Origin: Omnitrophica bacterium GWA2_41_15
GTDB lineage: Bacteria > Omnitrophota > Gorgyraeia > Gygaellales > UBA12090
Assembly: GCA_919902675.1 (NCBI GenBank)
Contig: CAKKRH010000023.1
Location: 12,000-75,999 of the forward strand
DNA: 64,000 nt
Direction of reading: 5' to 3'
In this document: positions 35,878 through 44,160 of the stretch, one piece after another
Numbering within the stretch: position 1 is the stretch's first letter
Layout: each line of letters begins with the position of its first letter
Notes under the pieces: generated by a model
Told to the model about the DNA's origin: nothing
Database searches by the model: none
What the model saw: the letters and a program-made list of their open reading frames with translations, nothing else
Position numbers and translations under genes: made by a program

Positions 35878-36114
35878 ATGTTTCAAGATAAGAGTTTTTT
35901 AGGGATTTTGCAACAGTTTAATATTCTAACTATGGTCTCAGAGAACCTAATGACAATTGATGAATTAGCCGGATATTTAAAAGTAAAAAAACGCACAATT
36001 TATGAATGGCTGAAACTTAAGAAAGTTCCCGCTTCCAAGGTAATCGGACAATGGCGTTTCAGCCGGGATAAGATTGATAAATGGCTTAAGATAGATAGTG
36101 CGCTGTCAAATTAA
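35878..36114 (+). CDS. Excisionase-family helix-turn-helix DNA-binding protein (start uncertain)
   Basis: MTIDELAGYLKVKKRTIYEWLKLKKVPASKVIGQWRFSRDKIDKWL is a typical excisionase/MerR-type HTH. In-frame ATGs occur at 35878, 35932 and 35950. Confidence 0.6.
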   Translation: MFQDKSFLGILQQFNILTMVSENLMTIDELAGYLKVKKRTIYEWLKLKKVPASKVIGQWRFSRDKIDKWLKIDSALSN

Positions 36115-36124
36115 TTCTTAATAG

Positions 36125-36365
36125 ATAGCGCACAGAGCAATCGAGAATCGAGATTAGATCGTGGATAATTCTCGATTGCGGTCAAATTTCGATTTTCTAT
36201 TTTCGAATACTGAAAACTAATTTTACAGAATATTAGTGCATTGTTAAGTTAGTTTTTGAACATTAGAACAATAGAACATTAGAACAATAGAACATTAGAC
36301 CGCAATTGAGCTTTTGTTTGTCTATTGTTCTATTGTCTATTGCTCAATTGCTCTGTGCGCTGTAT
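36125..36365. repeat. Composite inverted/tandem repeat region upstream of smc
   Basis: Outer arms agcgcacagagcaatcgaga (about 36127) and tgctcaattgctctgtgcgct (about 36341-36363). Inner arms ctcgattgcggtc (about 36170) and gaccgcaattgag (36298-36310). Tandem gaacattagaacaatagaacattagaacaatagaacattagac (36258-36300), partly complementary to tctattgttctattgtctattg (36321-36342). Confidence 0.7.
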
Positions 36366-36404
36366 TATTAAAAATTAAATTAACAGCGCACTGGGAGGAA
36401 GTGA

Positions 36405-39400
36405 ATGTATTTTAAAAAATTGGAGCTCTTGGGATTTAAGTCTTTCGCCGAGAAGACCGCGCTTTATTTTGAGCCTGGAATAACCGCGGTTGTCGGGCCT
36501 AACGGCTGCGGCAAATCAAACATCTTTGACTCCATCCGCTGGGTCCTGGGGGAACAGTCGGTTAAATCCATGCGCGGCTCAAAAATGGAGGACGTGATAT
36601 TTAACGGAACAGAAAACATCCCCGCCTTAGGCTATGCCGAGGTATCTCTGACCTTTTCCAACGAAACCCGGGCCCTTCCGGTTGAATTTGATGAGGTGAC
36701 CGTTACCCGCAGGCTTTACCGCTCCGGTGAAAGCGAATACCTCCTCAATAAAACCCAGGTGCGCCTTAAAGATATCCTGGAAACATTTATGGGCACAGGA
36801 ATTGGCGCGGAAAGCTACTCCCTGATTGAGCAGGGTAAAATTGACCTCATCTTAAGCTCACGGCCCGAAGAACGGCGCATGGTATTTGACGAGGCCTCGG
36901 GAATCAGCCGCTATAAATCCCAAAAAAAAGAAACCCTGCGCAAACTTGAAGACACCGAAGCGAATCTTTTGCGCCTGACCGACATTATCGCCGAAGTCAG
37001 GCGCCAGATAAATTCCTTAGAACGCCAGGCGGCTAAAGCCAAACGTTATAAAGAAATATTTGAGAAGCTAAAAGAGCTTGAGTGTAAAGTATCCAGCTTT
37101 GAGTCTGCCGGGTGCGAGAAAGAACTGGACGGATTAAACGCGTCTTTACATGAGTTCATTACCCGGGAAGCAGAACGCGCGCGGCTGATCGCGGAACAAA
37201 ATAACGAATTCACCCAAAGACAAGACGAATTAAACCAAAAAGAAGAAATTTTGGATAAGGCGCGGGCTGAGTTGAATAATTTAGAAAACAACATTACCCG
37301 CGATAACCAGCAATTAGATTTTAACCGCGAGCGCGCCCAGGAACTTAATTCCCGGCTCCAGGGACTCAGCCGTCAAAAAGAAGAGCTGTCACTTAAGGCC
37401 GCGAAGGACCGGGAAAGAATAAATAATTTCAAGTCCGGCCTGGATGCTATGACCAAAGAGCTGAATGATAAAAAAGCGCTCGGGCTTACACTTGACAACA
37501 AACTAACGGAAATTACCCGCGCCATAGATATCCTCCAGGAAAATACCCATAAGGCCAAAAACCGCATCCTGGAATTTGCCGCTGAAGAAGCGGCTTCGCG
37601 CAACCAGCTCAACGATTTTGTGAGTGAGATTCAAGCCGCCTGTGCCCGCAAAAAAAGGCTGGACATCGAAAGGCTAAAGACACAAGAAGAGCTCTCCGGA
37701 GTGAATAGCGACTTAAAGACGGCCTCATCCGACCAGGATGAAGCCTTTAGAAAGTTCAACCTCAGTAAAGAGGAGTTTGAAAGTTTAAAAACCATATATG
37801 AAAATAGCCTGCGCGATAAAGATGAGCTGATTTCATCACTGCAGAGCTTGGAAATAGACAAGCTCACCCTGGAGTCACAAAAAGAATTCTTGGAGACCTT
37901 AAAACTTAAATATGAGAATATCTCCGAATCCGCCAATGCCACGGTCCTGCTTGACTCTTTCGCTTCGGAAAATATAGGCGGCATCATCATCAAAATAAAC
38001 GCGATGGAACCCGCCGCGCAAGGTGATCTCGCGGCCATGGCTTCGGCTAAATTTAAAGCCAGGGGAACGGCTAAGCCTATTTCTTTAGACCCAAGGCTGC
38101 TTGAAGAAAAATTAGAAAAACTTAGAAATCAAATAGCCGAAACCAATAATAACCTCGGGCAGAAGAATAAAAATATAGAAGAGCTCGCGGTGAAAATATC
38201 CTCCCTGGAAAAAGACTTAAGGGGGAGTGAGATAGAATATAATAACCGCAAGAACCATACCGAAAATATCCAAAAGCACTTTCTTAAGCTAAATGAAGAA
38301 TCCGAGATAATCTCCATTGAGTTAAATGAATCAGCTCAGGAATTAGATAAATTAAGCTTTAAGGAAAAAAACCTGAAGGAAAACCTACACAAGATAAAGG
38401 AAGAATCCGAAAACAACCGGAAAATAATAGACCAGGGGCAAGAGGAAGCCGCGGCTAAGAATATCCTAAGAGAAGAGATAGCTGTTTCCTTTGCTAAACT
38501 AAAAGCGGAAATCCAGGCCGGTGAGGAAAAAGTTTTAAAGGCCGATGAAACCTGCAGGATATTTGAGGAAGAATATCAGAAAGACAGATCTTCCTACGAA
38601 GACATCCTCAGCCAGGAATCGCAGATATGCGCGCGCATTAAGGAGCTGGAGGAAACCAGCGCGGAATTAACCCTGAATATCGAGGCGGACAAGAAACAGA
38701 AAGCCGCGTTAGAGAACGAAATTAAGTCAAGCGCCTGCGGGCTTGAGGAAGAAAAACACCGGCTCAAATCACTTGAAACAGACATTAGAAACAATAAGGA
38801 AAACCTGGATTCACTTAAAGGCGAAATCCATCAATTACAGATGCGTTCTCAGGAGCTTGCTTTTACGCGGAATTCTCTTTTTGAAAGGATATCCCAAGTC
38901 TATAAAATCAGTCCTGATGAACTTAAAAACTATTACCATCCAGAAACAAATCGCGAAGAGCTAGCCCCGGAAATAGAACTTCTTAAGCAGAAGATAAATT
39001 CCTACGGCCAGGTAAACCTGGTGGCAATTGAAGAATTTGAAGAATTAAAACAAAGATTCGACTTCTTAAGCAATCAGCAGGCGGACCTGATTAAGGCCAA
39101 AGAATCCCTGCATGAGGCCATACTTAAAATCAACCGCGTCACCAAAAAGATGTTTCTGGAAACCTTTGAAAAACTGGCAGTGGAATTCAAGAAGTATTTC
39201 CGCCTGCTCTTTGGGGGAGGAGACGCCCAATTGTTCCTGCTGGATGAGCAGGACGTCCTGGAAAGCGGGATAGAGATTGTCTGCCGCCCGCCGGGAAAAA
39301 AGCTCCAGAATGTCCTGCTTCTTTCAGGCGGAGAGAAATCAATGTCGGCAATAGCCCTTTTATTCGCCATTTTCAAGGTAAAGCCGTCGCCGTTTTGCGT

Positions 39401-39686
39401 CTTGGACGAGATAGACGCGGCCCTGGATGAGGCGAATGTGGACCGCTTTGCCCGGACACTGGTAGAATTTACCGCTCAATCGCAATTTATCGTAATTACC
39501 CACAATAAAAAGACTATTGCCAATGCCAATATTATGTATGGGATTACGATGGAAAAGGCGGGAATATCGAAGATTGTTTCGGTAAAATTAGCGGATAATG
39601 TTAATAATAAAAAACAGGAACAGGCCGCCGCGCAAGGGGAGCCTCAGGCAGAGGAACAGAAGGTCTTAGACCTTTCCCTTAAATAA
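36405..39686 (+). CDS. smc: Chromosome segregation protein SMC
   Basis: N-terminal Walker A GPNGCGKSNIFD, very long coiled coils with a hinge, and C-terminal LSGGEKSMSAIALLFA / VLDEIDAALD. Confidence 0.95.
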   Translation: MYFKKLELLGFKSFAEKTALYFEPGITAVVGPNGCGKSNIFDSIRWVLGEQSVKSMRGSKMEDVIFNGTENIPALGYAEVSLTFSNETRALPVEFDEVTVTRRLYRSGESEYLLNKTQVRLKDILETFMGTGIGAESYSLIEQGKIDLILSSRPEERRMVFDEASGISRYKSQKKETLRKLEDTEANLLRLTDIIAEVRRQINSLERQAAKAKRYKEIFEKLKELECKVSSFESAGCEKELDGLNASLHEFITREAERARLIAEQNNEFTQRQDELNQKEEILDKARAELNNLENNITRDNQQLDFNRERAQELNSRLQGLSRQKEELSLKAAKDRERINNFKSGLDAMTKELNDKKALGLTLDNKLTEITRAIDILQENTHKAKNRILEFAAEEAASRNQLNDFVSEIQAACARKKRLDIERLKTQEELSGVNSDLKTASSDQDEAFRKFNLSKEEFESLKTIYENSLRDKDELISSLQSLEIDKLTLESQKEFLETLKLKYENISESANATVLLDSFASENIGGIIIKINAMEPAAQGDLAAMASAKFKARGTAKPISLDPRLLEEKLEKLRNQIAETNNNLGQKNKNIEELAVKISSLEKDLRGSEIEYNNRKNHTENIQKHFLKLNEESEIISIELNESAQELDKLSFKEKNLKENLHKIKEESENNRKIIDQGQEEAAAKNILREEIAVSFAKLKAEIQAGEEKVLKADETCRIFEEEYQKDRSSYEDILSQESQICARIKELEETSAELTLNIEADKKQKAALENEIKSSACGLEEEKHRLKSLETDIRNNKENLDSLKGEIHQLQMRSQELAFTRNSLFERISQVYKISPDELKNYYHPETNREELAPEIELLKQKINSYGQVNLVAIEEFEELKQRFDFLSNQQADLIKAKESLHEAILKINRVTKKMFLETFEKLAVEFKKYFRLLFGGGDAQLFLLDEQDVLESGIEIVCRPPGKKLQNVLLLSGGEKSMSAIALLFAIFKVKPSPFCVLDEIDAALDEANVDRFARTLVEFTAQSQFIVITHNKKTIANANIMYGITMEKAGISKIVSVKLADNVNNKKQEQAAAQGEPQAEEQKVLDLSLK

Positions 39687-39730
39687 AAAAGTACTTAGTT
39701 TATGGTTGATATACACCTTTGCATAATTAA

Positions 39731-39803
39731 AGTGTCATTGCGAGCGAAGCGAAGCAATCTTAAAAGTAAGATTGCTTCGTCGCTGTCGCTCCTCGCAATG
39801 ACA
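39731..39803 (-). repeat. GTGTCATTGCGAG...CTCGCAATGACAC hairpin element (copy 2, inverted relative to copy 1)
   Basis: gtgtcattgcgagcgaagcgaagcaatcttaaaagtaagattgcttcgtcgctgtcgctcctcgcaatgacac. Its reverse complement aligns with 21507-21580 along the whole length. Confidence 0.75.
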
Positions 39804-39914
39804 CAGGATTATAAGTTCATATGTAGCGATATTTATGCAAGGCTATATAGCATATAGTTTATGGCTTTACACTTAACAGCTATACACTATCAACTGTGCA
39901 CTATTCTTTAGAGA

Positions 39915-40442
39915 CTATTTAGATTTTAGAATTATTTCCCTGTCCCCGTCAAACAACACCACAGAGCTATCCTCAATCCTCTCCACCTTAGCCCCCTCAA
40001 TAGTATCACCGGCTTTGATTATCTGGTCATTGACTAAGGCGATATTTCCCTCCGGGGAAATTACTATTCCGTTTACCACGAAATCCGGCTGACGCCTTTG
40101 GGGCTTCTTCACTTCCCCGAGAACATCCTGAGAAGAAAAAGGAGGAGAGGGGATTTGATCTTTCTCTGATTGAAGCGGGGATAGCCTGACACTCCGGGTG
40201 AGGCTATTTTCGGGCTGGCGGATAATAAGAGACTCGGCTATTTTTTGAGATTTTCCTAAGCGCGGGCGGACTGAAATAAAGAAAACAAGGCCCAGGCTGA
40301 TAATAATGCCCAAAACCGGCATATAGGGAAATTTTCCGGCTTTCTTGAGGCCTTGTTTTTGGCTAGTGTCGGGGATAATGCCGGCAGGCATACTTTTAGA
40401 GCTATTTTGGGTCTTTTTTAAGGCTTCGTAGATAATACTCAT
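39915..40442 (-). CDS. GspB-like single-pass membrane protein (partner of the ExeA-like ATPase)
   Basis: N-terminal MSIIYEALKK, one TM segment, and a C-terminal ...VVNGIVISPEGNIALVNDQIIKAGDTIEGAKVERIEDSSVVL pattern as in T2SS GspB-type proteins. Overlaps the upstream ATPase gene by 4 nt. Confidence 0.5.
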   Translation of the reverse strand: MSIIYEALKKTQNSSKSMPAGIIPDTSQKQGLKKAGKFPYMPVLGIIISLGLVFFISVRPRLGKSQKIAESLIIRQPENSLTRSVRLSPLQSEKDQIPSPPFSSQDVLGEVKKPQRRQPDFVVNGIVISPEGNIALVNDQIIKAGDTIEGAKVERIEDSSVVLFDGDREIILKSK

Positions 40443-41302
40443 CTTTGATTAGCGAGCACGGCCGAACCACCTGCGGTGAACGTAGTCGAACCATCAAACC
40501 GTATATCCTTAACACACTCCCGGACGATATCTTCACCGATAATATTTTTCTCTTTGATAAATCCTAAAAGTAACGCCCGGTCGCAGATCAAATTGATTAA
40601 ACGGGGAACCCGCTGGGAGAATTGACATATTTCTTTAACCGCTTCATCAGTAAATCCGATTGTCTTAGGATTATTTCCACAGGCTATGCCCAGGCGGTGG
40701 TTGATATAATCTCCCAGCTCAAGCTCATCCAGCGGCTCGATATGATAATCCACCATAACTCTTTGCTTTAACTGGCGCAGTTGAAAAAGATTAAGTTTAT
40801 CTCTTAATTCCGGCTGGCCCACCAATATAATCTGCAGAAGTTTTTCTTTATCCGTCTCCAGGTTTGACAAAAGCCGGACCTGCTCCAGCTGCCTACAGCT
40901 TAAGTTCTGGGCTTCATCAATGACGATTACCGCGTTATTTCCTAAGGCGGACTCCTCAAGCAGGAATTTGTTTAACTCATTCACAAAGCTCAAGCGCGAC
41001 CTCTTATGGACCTTGATTCCGAAATCCTGGACTATAAATTCAAGCAGTTGAACCTCGGAAAAATAGGGATTAAGCACCAGGGCCGTCTTGACGGATTTAT
41101 CCAACTGGCTAAGCAAACTGCGGCACATCGTGGTCTTACCGATGCCTATCTCGCCGGTAACCATGATTATGCCTTTACGCTCGTGTATCCCATAAGACAT
41201 ACAGGCAATAGCCTCTTTATGCCTACGGCTGAAGAAGAAAAAAGAAGGGTCGCACGTTACGTTAAAAGGCTTCTCGGTTAGTCCAAAATATTCCAAATAC
41301 AT
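40439..41302 (-). CDS. ExeA/GspA-like AAA ATPase
   Basis: Canonical N-terminus MYLEYFGLTEKPF, Walker A GEIGIGKTT and Walker B VIVIDEAQNL. Confidence 0.85.
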   Translation of the reverse strand: MYLEYFGLTEKPFNVTCDPSFFFFSRRHKEAIACMSYGIHERKGIIMVTGEIGIGKTTMCRSLLSQLDKSVKTALVLNPYFSEVQLLEFIVQDFGIKVHKRSRLSFVNELNKFLLEESALGNNAVIVIDEAQNLSCRQLEQVRLLSNLETDKEKLLQIILVGQPELRDKLNLFQLRQLKQRVMVDYHIEPLDELELGDYINHRLGIACGNNPKTIGFTDEAVKEICQFSQRVPRLINLICDRALLLGFIKEKNIIGEDIVRECVKDIRFDGSTTFTAGGSAVLANQR

Positions 41303-41308
41303 AATTGC

Positions 41309-41336
41309 ATTATAACAGGAAAAAAAAAATTGACAA
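41309..41336 (-). promoter_or_regulatory. Sigma-70-type promoter (TTGTCA-N16-TATAAT) placing the TSS at about the ATG of the ExeA-like gene
   Basis: On the minus strand: ttgtca (41336-41331), a 16-nt spacer, tataat (41314-41309). The ATG is at 41302-41300, leaving only 6 nt between the -10 box and the start codon. Confidence 0.5.
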
Positions 41337-41502
41337 GAGACAAAAAATGTGTTAACCTTTGTATGTAGAATAGTGATTTAAATGGGGAAAAACCTAATTT
41401 CTAAGGATGTATAGCCACGGCTCCTTAAAATCCCTTGTCGCCTGGATAAAGGGATGGATTCTCGCTGGGTATAAAGCGAAAATCCGATAAAAACTGGAGA
41501 AT

Positions 41503-41856
41503 GTGGCTGTGTATTATAGCGCGGCGCCGGACGACGATAGAAGAAGGGCCCAGCGGTTAAAGGCAAAATTGACCGCGCACTGCGAGCTAAGGGCGGAAAA
41601 AAAATACACCAATGTCCTAACCCAGGATATATCTGAGGGCGGGATAAGGATGCTCTCAGACGGATTTATTCCCCGTCTGTCCAGGGTTGCCGTACAAATA
41701 AATCTCTCCCCCCGTAAACTCATAGAGCTCAACGGTGAAATTAAGTGGTCCCAGCGGGTTGCCTATTCAAATTATTACCAAACGGGGTTGGAATTCAGAG
41801 ATGTCAGCCCGGATATTAAACGCAGCATATCCGAGCATATCGCCGCGCGCGGTTAG
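41503..41856 (+). CDS. PilZ-domain c-di-GMP-binding protein
   Basis: RRRAQR (RxxxR) followed by DISEGGIRM ((D/N)xSxxG). GTG start with a ggaga SD. Confidence 0.75.
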   Translation: MAVYYSAAPDDDRRRAQRLKAKLTAHCELRAEKKYTNVLTQDISEGGIRMLSDGFIPRLSRVAVQINLSPRKLIELNGEIKWSQRVAYSNYYQTGLEFRDVSPDIKRSISEHIAARG

Positions 41857-41976
41857 TTGAGCGGCGAATCTTAACCCATCTCTTGAGGTATAACCGGCAT
41901 ATAGCTACCCCGTAATTATAGCTTTACGAAATAATATACTCGCGTATAGACATAAATAGAAAGGAATAATAGTTAA

Positions 41977-42147
41977 ATGGCTGAAGAAAAGAAGGATAAG
42001 AAAGAAAAGTTTGGAAACTGTGGAGGATGCAATAAGCCAATAAAAAAAATAAGACGTTACTACCGTGAAGGAAAATATTTTTGCGCCAAAAAATGCCATA
42101 AAACCTATCTCGACAAATCCAAACAGTCAAAAGATGCTCCCCAATAA
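41977..42147 (+). CDS. Small Cys-rich TRASH/FCS-like zinc-ribbon protein (not in the ORF track)
   Basis: My own translation: MAEEKKDKKEKFGNCGGCNKPIKKIRRYYREGKYFCAKKCHKTYLDKSKQSKDAPQ*. The CxxC...YFCxxxC pattern resembles TRASH/YHS/FCS metal-binding modules. Confidence 0.45.
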   Translation: MAEEKKDKKEKFGNCGGCNKPIKKIRRYYREGKYFCAKKCHKTYLDKSKQSKDAPQ

Positions 42148-42562
42148 TAACCCGGCGAATGGCTCTGAAAGACGAAGACATCCCCGAATCTTCAAAAAAC
42201 TTCCCCTCAAGCTTAAAATTAATTCATTTGATTTGACCACAGAAACACTGAACATAAGCTCATCCGGTGTCTACTGTCAAGTAAATAAATACATAGAACC
42301 GATGACCAAGGTCAATATTGTCCTGCTTCTTCCCCTAAAGCTTAAAAACAATGCCGCGGTAACTAAAAAAGTAACCTGCGAAGGCGTAGTGGTAAGGTCA
42401 GAAAAAAACCCGGCAGGAGATAAATTCAATATTGCCATATTCTTTAGCGATGTCCCTGAGGCCGACGCGGAAAATATAAACCGCTACATCGAAACCCACC
42501 TCCAACCAAATCCTATCCATAACTCCGGAGAAATCCGGCGCTATTCACTTGGGGCAAATTAG
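42134..42562 (+). CDS. PilZ-domain protein
   Basis: ERRRHPR (RxxxR) and NISSSGVYC ((D/N)xSxxG). The track ORF starts at 42065, but that extension overlaps the small Cys-rich ORF. The ATG at 42134 (MLPNNNPANG...) is more plausible. Confidence 0.7.
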   Translation: MLPNNNPANGSERRRHPRIFKKLPLKLKINSFDLTTETLNISSSGVYCQVNKYIEPMTKVNIVLLLPLKLKNNAAVTKKVTCEGVVVRSEKNPAGDKFNIAIFFSDVPEADAENINRYIETHLQPNPIHNSGEIRRYSLGAN

Positions 42563-43136
42563 CGCGCTTCGCCCATCAAAGCTGATTATCGGATTAATCT
42601 ACCGCGATATCTTAATAAAAGATAAGGCCGTATACATTCTTAAAAAACGTTTCAGAAAAATAGATTTTCAAAGCCATGAGCTTGATTTTAACTATACCGA
42701 TTACTATTACCCGGAAATGGGCCGGCCATTGAAACGGCTGTTTATCGGCTTTGAAAAACTTATAAGCGAAGAAAAGCTGGCAGAGATAAAAATATACACT
42801 AATTCCCTGGAAGAGCGGCTCTCGGTAGAAGGAAAGCGCCGGATAAATATTGACCCCGGATTTCTTTCGGCCGGAAAACTGGTATTAGCCACCACCAAGA
42901 ATTACAACCACCGTATCTATCTTAAGAAAGGGATATTCGCCGAGGTAACCCTTTTTTATAAAAAAAACGGCTTCCACCCCTGGCCCTGGGGTTATCCCGA
43001 CTATCAATCCAAAGAATACCTGGATATCTTTAACGCTATCCGCCAAGTATACCTTAAACAAATAGAAAATGCCCCCCAGCTATCTCAAGGCCTACCAAGA
43101 AGGCTCCCTGCGAGAAAAGTCAGAAATACTGCGTAA
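42549..43136 (+). CDS. DUF4416 family protein
   Basis: KLIIGLIY..., DFNYTDYYYPEMG, RRINIDPGFLSAGKLVLATTKNYNHRIYL and WGYPDY match my recollection of DUF4416. Apparently a TTG start. Confidence 0.6.
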   Translation: MGQISALRPSKLIIGLIYRDILIKDKAVYILKKRFRKIDFQSHELDFNYTDYYYPEMGRPLKRLFIGFEKLISEEKLAEIKIYTNSLEERLSVEGKRRINIDPGFLSAGKLVLATTKNYNHRIYLKKGIFAEVTLFYKKNGFHPWPWGYPDYQSKEYLDIFNAIRQVYLKQIENAPQLSQGLPRRLPARKVRNTA

Positions 43137-44025
43137 GCGCTTAGGCTCCTGCGATATTTGCCCCAGGCTTTGCAAGGTAAACCGTTTAAATAATCAGCCT
43201 GGCTTCTGCAAAACCGGCAAAAAGGCCAAAGTTTACAGCTACTTTGCCCACCACGGGGAAGAGCCAGGGATATCCGGAGAAAAAGGTTCAGGGACCATCT
43301 TTTTTACCCACTGCAACTTAAAATGCGTATATTGCCAAAACTACGAATTCAGCCAGACAGATAAAGGAAGAGAGGTAAGTCCGGAGGAGTTGGCCTCTTT
43401 TATGCTGGAATTACAACAAGAAGGCTGCCATAACATCAACTTTGTCACTCCAACCCATAACATTCCCCAGATATTAAAAGCCCTTTGTTTAGCCATAGAA
43501 AAAGGCCTGAAAATACCCTTGGTCTATAACTCCAGCGGATATGATTCAGTAGAAACCTTGAGACTCTTAGAGGGCATTTTTGACATCTACCTGCCGGATG
43601 CCCGCTATGCCGACAACCAATCCGCCTTAAGACTCTCTCAGGCCAAAGATTACTGGGAAATAAACCAGCAAGCGCTTAAGGAAATGCGCCGCCAGGCTGG
43701 AATCGCCCAATTCGATCCCGATGAAATCATAGAAAAAGGCCTGATAATCCGGCATCTGGTTCTGCCCAATAAACTTTCCGGAACCGAAGAAATTATGGCC
43801 TTTATTGCCCGGGAATTAGGCCCGGACACCCATATCAGCCTGATGAGCCAATACTTTCCCTGCCACAAGGCCAAAGATTACCCGGAATTAACCCGCCGGA
43901 TCAGTAAGGAAGAATACCAGGAAGCTATGGATATCATGCATTCCCGCGGCCTGCACAACGGCTGGGTCCAGGATGAACAGGGCTTAGACCGCTTTGCCGG
44001 CGTAAACATTAAAACTAATCTTTAA
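43069..44025 (+). CDS. Radical SAM protein, PflX/PflA-like activase family
   Basis: N-terminal CDICPRLCKVNRLNNQPGFC cluster and the radical-SAM motif CNLKCVYCQNYEFS. Confidence 0.8.
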   Translation: MPPSYLKAYQEGSLREKSEILRKRLGSCDICPRLCKVNRLNNQPGFCKTGKKAKVYSYFAHHGEEPGISGEKGSGTIFFTHCNLKCVYCQNYEFSQTDKGREVSPEELASFMLELQQEGCHNINFVTPTHNIPQILKALCLAIEKGLKIPLVYNSSGYDSVETLRLLEGIFDIYLPDARYADNQSALRLSQAKDYWEINQQALKEMRRQAGIAQFDPDEIIEKGLIIRHLVLPNKLSGTEEIMAFIARELGPDTHISLMSQYFPCHKAKDYPELTRRISKEEYQEAMDIMHSRGLHNGWVQDEQGLDRFAGVNIKTNL

Positions 44026-44160
44026 TGTAGAATGTAGCGGCGGCATTTATGCCGCTGATGACTTCTGTCATTGCCCAGCTTGATTCCCCGGTCAAACCAG
44101 AAGACGCAATCCAGATGTAGCGGTGGAATTTATATCATTAATAACCAATTATAGACGCGA

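Noticed and set aside
41380-41502. A possible c-di-GMP riboswitch upstream of the first PilZ gene; the region has several small hairpins.
   Set aside because: I could not find the conserved GEMM-I/II sequence features, for example the ACGCAAAGC-type tetraloop-receptor region. The hairpins are short and unremarkable. A covariance-model scan would be needed to revive this.
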